This document shows positions 23,952 to 35,767 of a DNA stretch of 47,159 bases, piece after piece. Under the pieces are notes generated by a model. It was not told the origin of the DNA, made no database searches, and saw only the letters and a list, made by a program, of their open reading frames with translations. A program made the position numbers and the translations under genes. Position 1 is the first letter of the stretch, and every line of letters starts with the position of its first letter. The DNA comes from Chromera velia (taxonomy: Eukaryota), in the NCBI GenBank assembly GCA_018398765.1, contig JAHBMJ010000464.1:1-47159 (forward strand). The letters run 5' to 3'.

Positions 23952-26321
23952 ACTTATAGTTCCCTTCTTCTCGGAAATCTTGTAGGTGTTTTCCAACAAA
24001 AACACAGACCGACAGGCAGGCAGACAGGTCGACAGGCCGGAAGGAAGAAAAAGAAAACAGAATGAAAGAGAGAAAGAAAGAAAGAATGAAAGATAGAAAG
24101 AAAGGACAGATGGACTGATGGACGGACGGACACAGACAGACAGCGAGACAGGAGAGAAGAGAAAACCCCCATTCTCTCCAATTTTTGCATTTCTGGTTGT
24201 CCCTCATGTATGCAGTATTTTGGGGGATTCTGTTTTCTCTCTTTCTCTGTGGAGCAGTTGGAGACAGGCTGAATGACTTATCAAGAGCAAGATACACAGA
24301 TTCACAATTTTACGGACGAACTAAGTGATTGACTGACTCAGAACAGGGTCAGGCAGCTATCATAATCGCAGAAGAAAACTCATCTGTGAGCCGTCCCGGT
24401 TGGTTTGTTGGTTGGATGTTTCTTTTCTTTTTCCCATGCATTCATTGTCTCACTGACCCTCGTTTCCTGAATCACGGTCTCGACGAACAGGGCAGTGAGG
24501 ATGTTGAGAAGCCCAAAGGAGGTCCCGGCCACGAAAATGACAAAAAAGACCTCCATACCAGGCAGAATGAGCCCGGCAGGGCGCGCAATCCCGTTGGCCC
24601 ATGACTCCAGAGTCATCACCTGCATCGATGCATCGTCAGAGATCGATCAAGGGTGTGGACGTCTAAGCTGTCTATGTGCAAGTACATCCAAGCACACATC
24701 CAACACATTTTCTTCCATCCAAAATTGAGGTCATGCTAAAGCAAGAGTCCAAAGTCATCAAGCAAAAGAAGAGCTGGAAGGAAGAAGAGAGCAGAAAAGC
24801 GGCTGCACTTTTATTGGCTTTGCTGCCGTATGCATGTAACGTCGCGGTGACGATAGTTTCTTGAAAGGGGCAAGAAAAGAAGGTGGGGTAGCACGAGAGA
24901 GAAGAGGAGAAAGCTTACGCGTGTCTGTCTTTGTTTTTGTGCAGTCAGTAAGATAGACGGTTTTTTTTAGAGAGATCCTTTCTGGAAATGCCCTTTTCTT
25001 TGTGTGCATCAATCTGAGAGGCTCCTGGAAAAGCAATTTCTCGGCATTTTCTTTTTTAAGGCCCCGTGACGACACATCGTCGGAAAAGCACTTCAGAAGA
25101 AAGTCTTTCAAAATTTTCACAAGCAGCAGAAGCATGCATGGACATTCACCATGATCAAGTCAGCTCGCACGATCTATTTTGTACTGCGTCATGAGTCCAG
25201 GCCGACCTGGAAGAGAGAGAACATGGATCCGAGGATGCTTCCAAAGTATTCCTCAACAAAATCATCGTCCTTGTCCTTCTCAAACAATCCAGTGATGAAA
25301 GTCCCCACGGTGAAAAGAAATACAAGAATCAGAACCATCACCCATGCAAGTGAATGCATTGTCGCCCCAATTGACAAAATCAAAACCCGCAAAGGTCTCA
25401 ATGTGCCAAAAAGCCGCACCGCTCTCAGTATTCGAAACACTCTGAAGATTGCCAGCGTGCCAAGTTCGTCCGACCCTTCCGAGAACCCCCCCCCCGCCAT
25501 TGACATCCAGAGAAAGACTGCGTCCACTAGCGACACAAGCGTTACAGCAAAATCAAAAAGGTGAAAGACCGATTTGAAGTACTGGCTTCGGAAGGCGGTC
25601 ACTTTACAGATGACTTCAAGGACCCAAATTGGAACGAAAACGCATCCATCGACGATATGATAAGTGTACTCGTCGGGGTAATCTGTGTACAAACCGATAA
25701 TAATTGAGTTCGCCAGAATGATCAGACCAGCCAAGTATTCGTAGGCAGTTGAAGCGAATACTGCGCAAAGAATCTTTCTCCATCTTGACATTGGTCCCCC
25801 TTTCCCATTCCTTATCAGCTCCGAGTCCCGCACTTGCCGCCGCGCTCCCACGTCGGCCTCGTAGAGCATTGCCGTAACATGGGCGCGTCCGGCTGCGCCT
25901 GCGTGCATGCTGAAAAAGTCGTCCTCCTCTTGCTCCTCGTTTGCTTTCTGCTGCTGATTTGGCTACAGGGATTAATTTGTACCCCTGTTGATGTCTTCGG
26001 TTCAGACTGAGGGAAGTGCGTGAACTTCAATTGAACTCCGCGCTAATGACTCTCTTCTGAAGAGACATCAGTCAATCCAGTTTTGGCGTCCAGATCGGTA
26101 GATTCCCTCAATGCCCCGACCAATTTCCGTTCAAAGAAGGCGATCAGTCCGTCGGTGTTGCCGCATTCGGAAGCAACAACCAGGCCGCGGAACGCTGGGA
26201 TCTCTGTACATACATGCACTTCTGGTTTTTCTCTCGCTGTTCTGGGCTGGTGGGTATATACTGGCCGGCCTCTCCGTGACCAAGTCTGCACCGGATCGAG
26301 AAAGGAGTATACTGCAGCCAT
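21737..26321 (-). CDS. single-domain (6TM) voltage-gated cation channel with TLESW filter and two EF-hands (BacNav/EukCat-like)
   Basis: Exons ~26321-26214 (tentative), ~25962-25207, 24619-24458, 23887-23750, 23348-23210, 22919-22779 and 22497-21737. S1-S3 (YEYLAGLIILANSIIIG; WVLEVICKV; FHLFDFAV), S4 IFRVFRILRAVRLFGTLRPLR, pore FGSILGSMFSLFQ|VMTLESWANGIARP, S6 FGLLNILTALFVE, EF loops DTDGNGYLTLDE and DFNGDGSIGTEE, then a coiled coil. Confidence 0.9.
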
Positions 26322-26391
26322 AGGAAGGAGGGGGAGAGAGCTAGAGAAAGAGGAAATTCGACTTAAACATTTTAATTATGCATGATATGAA

Positions 26392-26422
26392 TGCATGCAT
26401 GCGACGTCCTATCATGCATGCA
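26392..26422. promoter_or_regulatory. TGCATGCA pair 70-100 bp upstream of the putative channel start codon
   Basis: TGCATGCA at 26392-26399 and 26415-26422. Confidence 0.45.
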
Positions 26423-27533
26423 TGGAAGGCGAAGCGTAGCTTGCGGAGTCAATCAAGCCGCGTGCGTTCAACCAATCGACGGAAATGATATAAGATCCGA
26501 CCGCAAATCATATATATAAGTTAGTGAGTTGGCGGCATTTACCGAGGTCAGGCACTCCCCCGCAAAATTTGGAGATTTACGCATTGCGACTGGTCCAGAA
26601 AAGCGAATTGAAGGTCACCCGCTTCTGAAAGTGCCATCCAAACAGGCTTTCCGGGGCCAAAACAGCAGGGATAAACGCATTGAAATGAAAGTCACTTTCA
26701 GAACCTCGCTTCTGATTCCATGCAACTGTCCCGGAGTTCCCACGACCCGGAGTTCCCACGAATAAGAGTGGCACCTCTTCATTCCGAATACTGCACCCTG
26801 CATGCTCTACTGTTTGTGTCTATGTGCGCCTCACCGTTTTCTCCACTTATACCCGAGGACGAACGCGAAGGTCAGACAACACGTGCATGTATTGAGATCT
26901 GAAAACGGCATTTCTTCTGCATCTGCTTTCCAAAAGATGCTTTCGGTTCATCTGTCCATTTGAGTGTGTCTCTCTGCATGTGTTCGATGCTGTACTGGAC
27001 GTGTAGGTATATCGGGTACAGATCGGTACCGTCGTAACTTAAAAGTCCGGCGTCCAGGTGTGTCTGAACGTCGTTTCTTTTTGAACATATATACATGCAG
27101 ATTGACGACGCCACCGTCTGAAAATTCAGCTTTTCTTCTGTCCTGTGCTCTATGCCTGTTTCTCTTTCTTTCATTCTGCATGACTAGCTCTGTTTCCATC
27201 CGACCCTCTCTATCAGTAAACTTTTGTCTGATGGCCAGAAAATGCGCGTGCCTGTTCGTCTGCATGTGTCAATTCAATACTCCTGATATATGCGTACCAT
27301 AAACAGTTGTGTAGCTATCTCTCTGGGAGTGTGTGGGAAGTTTGGACAAAATACAAATGTGAGAACAGAAAGGAAGCTTGCGGGGAGTGTGGGCTGTGTC
27401 TGCTTTGGTTCCCTCTAGAATCACACCGTTCACCATCGTTCTTCTGAACAACATTGTAGGTTGAACTGTGACAGCGATGCACCATGTACATGCGTCTGCC
27501 TGCCTGTCCGTGTATTAATGCATGCATGCAAAA

Positions 27534-27559
27534 TGTATGTATATATGTATGTATGTATC

Positions 27560-27638
<79 letters not shown>

Positions 27639-27667
27639 CTGTGTGTGTGTGAGTGTATGTATGTGAC

Positions 27668-27706
<39 letters not shown>

Positions 27707-27977
27707 GTATGTATGTATGTATGTTTGCTTGTTTGTGTTTGTGTGAACACCCAACAGACAGGAACAAGCAGGGCACGGCAAGGTGGTGGACCTATCGGAA
27801 GAAAACACATAAGATGTATTCGCAGCCAGGGTTCGGGGCCGACAAAAGCCCTTAGAGTGGCGACCTGCTGAACTATGAACCTGTGAAGTGTATCATACTG
27901 TAGGTGTGCGTGTACACAGAAAAAGACAGACAGTTTGGAAGCGTTGCTAAAAATGTGTGTGTGTGTGTGTGTGTGTC

Positions 27978-28043
<66 letters not shown>

Positions 28044-28101
28044 ATGTGTGTGTGCGTGTGCGTGTGCGTGTGCGTGTGCGTGTGCGTGTGTGTGTGTGTG
28101 T

Positions 28102-28147
<46 letters not shown>

Positions 28148-28149
28148 TG

Positions 28150-28188
<39 letters not shown>

Positions 28189-28220
28189 ATGTGTGTGTGC
28201 GTGTGCGTGTGCGTGTGCGT

Positions 28221-28266
<46 letters not shown>

Positions 28267-28550
28267 TGGTGTATGTGTGTGTGTTTGTGTGTGTGTGTGC
28301 ACTCTGCGCATATGGCTCTGTCTGACTGCATGTCTACCTCTCTGTTTGTCTGCTAGTCTGTCTATCCGTGTTTGTGTGTGGATCGAGGTTTCACTCCTTG
28401 AGAGACACGGAACAAAAGAGAGAATTCGACTCAGACGGCAAACGAAGATCGAAAGAGACACAATGAAAACGAACATAAGGGTGTACGAGATGCTGCAGAA
28501 AGGTGAATCTTACCCATAAGAAGCTCTCTCTCTCTCTCTCTCTCTCCCTC

Positions 28551-28584
<34 letters not shown>

Positions 28585-28640
28585 TATGTGTGTATGTGTG
28601 TATGTGTGTCTGGGTGTGTCTGTGTCTGTGTTTGTATCTG
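27534..28640. repeat. cluster of compound (TATG)/(CT)/(GT)/(GTGTGC) microsatellites with an internal ~145-bp higher-order duplication
   Basis: The landmark 'actatgtgtgtgtgcgtgtgcg' recurs at 28041 and 28186, and 'tatgtgtatgttggtgtatg' also occurs twice. Confidence 0.9.
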
Positions 28641-30001
28641 TGCATGTAGGTGAATGACTTAGTTCAATTCGAGATTCGAATCAATTCAATTAAAAAAGAA
28701 TTTTCTTAGGAATTTTCTTCAGAATCTGTTGTAAAATTTTTTATGAAACTTTCTAGAAATTAGTAGAAATTCAGTTTGACACAATGTAAGTGTTGGTACG
28801 TATTCTTGAACTAAGTACATATATCAAGCAGTAGTGAGTGTCAGGGAGGTACTAATACATATGCCAGAAGTTGCTATAGGCAAATGGTTTCTTCGCAGCC
28901 AGAGTAGATAAAAACGATAGAATGAATAGGAAGAATAATATATTAAAAGCTCGGTCGGTTCGGAAAATACCTATACTGTTTGTTACTGTTTCTAGATCGA
29001 TTCGATATAGTTTTATATATTTTTATTAAATTACAAAAAGCTAAGCAAAAAGTTTTATCTCATAATACAGTGTGTCCAATATTCACACGTACACAAAAAT
29101 TTGTTAAAAAACAGAAAGATCAAATGGCTTGGAGTCTAGCAGCCTCTAGCTTGAGAAGCTATGCATGTGCTGCATGTTTGACTATATTTATGGCAAAAAG
29201 CCTCCGGCAGGGACAAGGTGCGGTTCGCCAGAAGCTCGCGCCTTGTATTAATATGGTCACGGGCCCGACCCTTACGGCACCAATTTCCGTCCCGCGCGGG
29301 TGCATGGGAAAAATAGCCGCGACGGTTATATCCCCCGCGCGCTTAAAAAATGTGAAAGTAAAAAATGATATGTTTAGTAGTTCAAAATGAGTCAAATAAA
29401 AAGGAAAAGGTGTTTGTTCGTTTAGGCAGTTCTGTCGAATGAACCAGAACCTACCCTTCTACCTCCAATCTATCACTTACTATCGCGTTAACTATAAAGC
29501 TGATGAACATCAATTAAATAATCAGATAGTAAAATCATTTAAACTCAGTTTACTGGGGAAAGACTATATACTGTACTAGTTTTTCGGGGTGTCATTATGT
29601 TTCACTGAGCCACTGAATGGGGGGATATGAGGGGAGAAGACTGTACGTTGATAAAAAATCTAATTCTAGTCTTATTCTACGCGGAATTTTGGGGGCGCGT
29701 CTAATGCACGCGTGTCTAATGGTCCGTAAGCAAACAAATATAATAATTCATGTTAAGATTAAAGCATGCCAAGAGGCAGCCACGGTCACCCGGTTGTTTA
29801 TGGCCGGTTGCTTGCCACTGTTCTGGATATGGATAATGATGACGCATCATAATCACAGTCATATATAAACAGATTTTATGTAAGTAAATTAACTTGCATT
29901 TTAGTTGGTCTACTTGACGAAGCCACGGTGAATGTTCGCTGCTACTTTTTGTTTTAAATGCTGCTGATGAAGCCACACAACCTAGCTAACCACGCGGTTG
30001 A

Positions 30002-33000
30002 CTACCACCATTTTTCACACTTGACGCTTTCTTTTGGAACCCCAAGAGTGAGGAGGTCCGTTTCCACACTTGCCATCATCTCTCCGGGACCTGCAGGCAA
30101 TTGGGAGATACAAATGACGACGCAGCAGTCCACTGGTAACGGTTAAACGGAAAGAAACGACCTTAATCGAAAGCAAACCTGTGAGGACACCTACGACTAG
30201 CGGTGTGAAGAGCCTGGGCGCCCCAGACACAAAGATATAACCCCGAAACCAAACTCATGCTCTTCATGGTCTGGTAAGCGAAATGGAGAGATACTGAAGA
30301 AAAAGAAGAGTGCTAGGGGCACGGCTAAAAGCCACCGAAATTATCATTTCCGAGTCATTCGAACGGAGTGCATAAGATTCTTTTGCAGACATCGCGTTGC
30401 AGCAATTCAAGCGGGAAGCGTGGAGGTACTAAGCGTATTTCAATCTCATTCAGCACAGGAGGCGGGATCTTGCCCTGGATTTATGTTTTTCTCCTTCTTT
30501 CCCGACTCTCCGGTGTGTGCACAAGATTTTTTCCTGTTTCGTGTCCCTGGTACCCTTTCCCCCCTTCCTGTGAACTCGCCCGCACAGAACAACAGGAGAG
30601 ATGACAAACGACGGCGACCTCTATCTGACTGACCACACAGAAGACACATGAGGTCGTGTCCTGCCTCTCCCTTTCCCTGAAGGTCCACTCCCAGACTCTG
30701 GGTGATGGCGGCACGAAGGTGGTCCTCTCCCAACCGGCCCTTGCCACTCTGAGTCACTAGGGGACGCGCGTTGTCCACCACGGACTTGAGATGAAGGGCG
30801 TCATACTGCAGTGCATCATTAGGCAGGTCGGTTTGGGGGAAGAGTCTCAATTAGATATTCTTGCGAGGACATTATCGAAGGGACGCAGCTAGGGAAGGGG
30901 AAAGGCAAGAACGGCAACTTGGATCGACAGTCATCCGTGATTTTCATGCATCGGACGGCCATGCATCCTTCCTTCCTTCCTTCCTTCCTTCGCGCTGCTC
31001 TCTTTCTTTGCTTCTATCCCTGACCGGGCCTTCGTCCCCACAGGCAGCTCGTGCGCTTGCGTTTCGAATGCCGTCCCGCTTTTTTCTTTTTTTCGGCTGA
31101 ACCTTGCGTCAGTACTGGAAAGGAAATTGCGGGCCGGCCCTTTCTTTGCCGGCAGATATCAATCTTTGCCCGCATGAATCTGTGCGCCTGCCTGCCTGCC
31201 TGCCCATCGCCCCCTTCCTTCCCTTGGCGTCTTCCTCCTGAGAGCTCAATCAATCAACTGACGTCCCCTCGAACTGCACTCAATGCGGGATCCATCCACC
31301 CCACACGCTCTGTCTGACCCATGCGTGCACTTTCTTTCATTTCATGTGCACGTAGTGTAAGCACTAACCCAAAACCCCACGTGTGCCACAGCTAATGTGT
31401 GGATGTTTGTACAAATATGAGCTTCCCTTCGTACCTGTCCAGAGGAAGAGGAGCCCGTGACGACAACCTGGACGGACAAGTGCTCTCTGTGACTGCAGAA
31501 AGAAAGCACACGAGCGGAACGGGAGAAAAGAAGAGAAGGAGGGAGGACGTAAGGATAGGAGAATGTTGCTCGGCTCTATGAGGAAAGAAGGATGGAAACA
31601 AGGAACGGAAATCGGGAGCAACAAAACCGAGAGAGAACGACTTTTGTTTATCTGTCTTGAGAGAGAGTCGAATGAATCCACCCACCATCGATGCCCTGCA
31701 TGGGCAACCGACAGGATCAAGTGATCGTCTGTCTGGCTTCTGTCTGTGTACTTTCTGCCTGTGTGCCTCTGAGACAGGGCGTTGGAGTGTCCATGTGTCT
31801 CTTTTTTTATGTGTCTGTCTGCATGACGGTCTATTACTCTGATTTTCTGCTTTTCCATCTCAGTGGGTGTCTCTCTCTCTGTTTTTGGCTGACTGCTTTG
31901 CCATCTGAGACAGCTCCTCTGCGAAAGCCGTCTCCTCGAGGCAGTTGACGGAATACACTAGACAGCAGAGAGGAGGAAGCGTCGGTTGCGGTGCCTGATC
32001 CTTTGTGTTCTCCTTCTCCTCCCCCCCAGGAGACACCCAACTCCCGTAGCACTCATCGAGTACTGCCATCAGGGGCGTGATGCCAATGCCTCCTGCCACA
32101 AGCAGCAATTTCCGTCTGCTCAAAAAACACACAGGAAGCAGCCGGATTCCACCTTCGCTGTCAGAAGATGTCAGAAAAAGAAGAAACACTCACAAGAAAA
32201 TTCACACAGCCAGTCGGCACGTCAACTGTCAGACTATGGCAAATTAGCAGACAGCTGGATTCATCCGAGTGCCACCGACTGCCGCTGTCCCCGTTGTCCT
32301 TTCACCGAACCTTTTCTTTTCCTTTTCCAAACTGATGTTATCCTAAAAAGCCGCGTACACGCACATTCTGTGAAGATGTGTATTGTTCCTGACAAAGAAG
32401 GCCGGTAAGGTCTCGGTATGACATTTGTAACGTTTACTCACCTTCTGTCTTGCCCCTCCTCACAGAGTCTCCTCGCGTCTGCCCGCCAGTCGAACGAGAA
32501 GCTTCCACCAACTCGGAAGCTCGTCTGGAAGGAAAACGGACGGGCCGATCGATCGATCAGTCGGGGAAGGTGGGGGAACGAGTTCAGAGGAAGGTGGGGG
32601 AACGAGTTCAGAGGAAATTGGGGGAACGAGTTCAGAGGAAGGTGGGGGAATGAGTTCAGAGGTCCAGCAGGAGTAGGGGGGGGGGAAGAAAGTGAAGAGG
32701 AAGGAGGCAAACAAGGAAGGAGAACAGAGAGAGGTGGAAAGGATGAAGAGCCGGAGAGAAAACGAATAAATGTGAATCGGGCAGCCATGCCTAATTCAGG
32801 AATCCTACAGGAGACAGGAAGAGACGTAGAGACGGGATAGCAGCAAGAGATACAAGTGGCAAATCACTGACGGAAAACCTGGGACAGGGAGCGAAAGAGA
32901 GAGGCAGACACTGACGGAAAACCTGGGACAGGGAGCGAAAGAGAGAGGCAGACACTGACGGAAAACCTGGGACAGGGAGTGAAAGAGAGAGGCAGACACT

Positions 33001-33643
33001 GACGGAAAACCTGGGACAGGGAGCGAAAGAGAGAGGCAGAGAACAAAGGGAAAGAAAGACGCCGACCATTGAAAGGAGATAGATAGCAAACACCATACAG
33101 AAAATAGGGAAACGACGACACTGACAGAGGTAGAGGGCAAGTGCATGAGAGTTGGACACAGAGGCAGCTCTTGGTAGCCATACACGCGGACAGAATTCGA
33201 ACGCGCCACGGATGCACAGACAGAGACGGCTGGAGACGGCTGCTGACCTCTTTCCCCGTCTCCGCCTTCTCGTGGATCCAGTTCGCCATCGCGTGGTCGC
33301 TTCTCTTCACCGCGATTGTAAAGCAGGGCGGCTTCTGGGTCAAAGCACGTGAAGGGGCAGAGGCAAAGCTATAGCCTGCAGAGAATGGTGAGAGAGGCAC
33401 AAATACACCTCTGGGCTCTTCATTCATTCCAATCTGCCGTCTCCTTCCTTGCAAAAACCTACCCCCAATCTTCCCGGGCATTTCCGGTGTCTGAAAATCA
33501 ATCCATTGTCCAGGCAAAAAAGAGAACTCAGAGGGGTGCGCGTAGCCTTCCAGTTCTCTGAGGCTCAGCACAAGCTCCCGCACTGTGGGGGTCCGTGGCT
33601 TCACTTGCGAGATCACCGCCGAGAAGTGGGGGCGGGCAGACAT
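30002..33643 (-). CDS. FAD/NAD(P)-binding ferredoxin-reductase-family oxidoreductase, OXNAD1-like (multi-exon)
   Basis: MSARPHFSAVISQVKPRTPTVRELVL...FSFLPGQWIDFQTPEMPGKIGG|YSFASAPS...FTIAVKRSDHAMANWIHE, then VGGSFSFD, LLLVAGGIGITPLMAVL, LVYSVNCLEETAFAEEL and GRLGEDHL...CLLCG. The last exon (30089-30002) reads GPGEMMASVETDLLTLGVPKESVKCEKWW*, and an EKWW C-terminus is typical of OXNAD1. The true start may lie further upstream. Confidence 0.85.
32565..32660. repeat. intronic 24-bp minisatellite, 4 copies
   Basis: ggaaggtgggggaacgagttcaga starting at 32565, 32589, 32613 and 32637. Confidence 0.95.
32865..33040. repeat. intronic 44-bp minisatellite, 4 copies
   Basis: cactgacggaaaacctgggacagggagcgaaagagagaggcaga starting at 32865, 32909, 32953 and 32997, with one substitution and no spacers. 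Confidence 0.97.
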
Positions 33644-33862
33644 CGTTGCCAACGTCACGTGCACACAGCAAGCAACTTGCGGCCTCCACCTGGCAAAGGC
33701 TATAGAATATGAGAAGGACGGAACTCTTACTGAGGTGTGTCGGCTGCTATCGAACCCGAAAGGTACCTCACAGGGAGACAGAAGTTGGCAGTCCAGACTC
33801 AGCCACTTATAGCTTGCACTGTTCAAAGTTTTTTCTGAAAGTGCCACATAAGCAGGGCCGAT

Positions 33863-33874
33863 TGCATGCATGCA
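33863..33874. promoter_or_regulatory. TGCATGCATGCA between the divergent OXNAD1-like and cupin genes
   Basis: Overlapping TGCATGCA palindromes followed by CG-rich acgcgtgcgc and gcgcgcgcg tracts. Confidence 0.45.
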
Positions 33875-34587
33875 TGACACGCGTGCGCAACTTCCGCGCG
33901 CGCGAAGCGAGCGAACTCCCGTCTTTCAAAAAAAACAAAAGCTCGGTCCGAGTCGATCGATCGAATTGCAATCCTAGTAGCCGTCTCGGCGTCTCCTTTA
34001 AGTCGGTTCTCAATCCGGCTGGTCCCTCCGAAAGTTTGACGCTGAAATCGAATCATCTTTACAGTTTTTTCAGCATACACATATATACGTGCGTGTCGGT
34101 GCGTGTGCAAGTTTACCAGTCGCCCATGCACGTCCCTGGTACGCGGTGAGCCGAGAGAGAGACCTCCTTCTCACCATTTCACGGCGATTCCGGAAATTCT
34201 CGCTGTCTCGCTTTACCTACCTCCTTGCTCGCGAATTTTGGGAGACGGCGAGATGAGCAAGTATGTCGGCGAGACGTTCTGTCTCTGGCTCTCTTTCTGT
34301 CTGCTGCGTGTTCCTACACGCTTCATTGTGGAGAATCTGATTTTGCCCAGTTAGACGCTGTTTGCTGCCGAATCAAAATCTCCTGGGAGTGCAAGAGCTT
34401 TTTCTTCACGTTCCTACATCGGGAGCTTCCTCATCCTTTCTCGCAACTTCTTTTTCTCAATGCACGTGTGCTCTTTTCATTCTATCGGCTTTGCCGAAAC
34501 TACAATATTCGCTCCTTTGCTTTGCTGTCTGCATGCAGTCCAATCCCGCACGTCCACATTGGAGGGGTCTTAACCCTCCAGCAGGTC

Positions 34588-35626
34588 ATGGATCTCACCC
34601 AAATCGGAGAAGCCAGAATGAGAGAGAGGGAACGTCTGATAAAGCAGTGCGAGGACTTACGGAATCGCGACATCCTCGACGAGGGCTACAAAAAGGAGCT
34701 GGAGCACCGGAAGATCCAGGTAGCTCCCTGTGATTGGTCCACTGCTCGCTGTCTCCTCTTCTCATTTCTCTCAGACCGGGTCCATCTCTTCTAATTCATG
34801 CCAACGGTATTCTTCCGGCTTTGAATTCTTTCATGGGGGCCGCTTGAAGAAATCTGGTATCGAAATCGGAATATGAAATGTGCACACGACTAGTGAATCC
34901 GCCTCTTCCCGCATGAATTGCAGCTCTGGGTTTTGCAGTGTTACAGCACAGCCAGTTTCGGATCCCCTCTCAGACAATACGTACAAGAGCTGTGAAACCA
35001 ACTCGCTCGCCCTTGTCTGCAGACATCTCCACACACCGATACCCGATTTCTTCTCTCTTCTGCATTCTGTTTTTCGGCTGTCTGTCTTCCTTCTCTGTTC
35101 ACACTACAACTAATAGCTCCCCCATCTAACTCCCGGTCTTCTGTTAGATGTTATTGTCTTTTTTGTCTTTCTCGCATTCCCTGGAAGTTTTCTGCTGTCC
35201 TGTGTTCTTTTCAATGCAGGTAAGCTGGAATTTGGCGTGTCTTTCGGAACCCCCCCAGCCTCCGACCAGGGTTGTGGGACGACGATGATAGATTTTTCTT
35301 CTGAGATGGGCCTGCCGTACCCGGCAACCTCGCCTTCTCTCCTGGCTTCCTTCCTCCGCATCACGAAGAAAGACGAGACGATCGAAACCAATGCCAGGGC
35401 AACCTTCAGGCCTTCTACATCATCAGGGGCTCTGGAAAGTCGCGTTCAGAGCATGGGGAGCTGGAGTGGAGTGAGCGGGACCTCTTCACACTTCCTGCGT
35501 GTCACGAGAAGGTGGTCCATACGAGCACAGGAGACTCCCCTGTGTCCATCTACTTTGTGCACGACCAGCCCCTGCTTGAGTACCTCGGCGTGAAACCAGG
35601 AGACGCAAAATTCGAATTAAATGACG
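34588..35626 (+). pseudogene. cupin-domain (gentisate-dioxygenase-like) gene with a frameshift and apparent 3' truncation
   Basis: Candidate exon 34588-34719 (MDLTQIGEARMRERERL...). The cupin exon reads IDFSSEMGLPYPATSPSLLASFLRI...ETNARAT, then after a 1-nt loss at ~35405 continues QAFYIIRGSGKSRSEHGELEWSERDLFTLPACHEKVVH...IYFVHDQPLLEYLGVKPGDAKFE to a GTGAGT donor at 35627. No downstream exon was found. Confidence 0.7.
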
Positions 35627-35767
35627 GTGAGTCATTCAAACGCTTACTCTCTCCTGCAGCACCTTTTGGGGTTTTCGAAAAGGAGCATGTGTGGAAGTCG
35701 AGAGACTTCCTCTTCTCTCTTCTCCTCCCTTCCCCCTTTTTTTCCGTTTTTATCTTTTTCTTTCTTT

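Noticed and set aside
26529..28519. Possible + strand gene divergent from the channel gene (includes a 16-bp direct repeat at 26730-26761)
   Set aside because: I could not assemble phase-consistent exons or find protein motifs.
27873..28645. Long HTHT/CVCV ORFs
   Set aside because: They are translations of (CA)/(GT) microsatellites with no coding signal.
28980..29395. 136-aa and 78-aa ORFs over a GC patch in AT-rich DNA
   Set aside because: No homology cues and no TIR/TSD found; probably intergenic or a decayed repeat.
32865..33040. 44-bp, 24-bp and 33-bp (8051-8256) arrays as CRISPR-like repeats
   Set aside because: The units are head-to-tail with no unique spacers, there are no cas genes, and the context is eukaryotic intron or transposon DNA.
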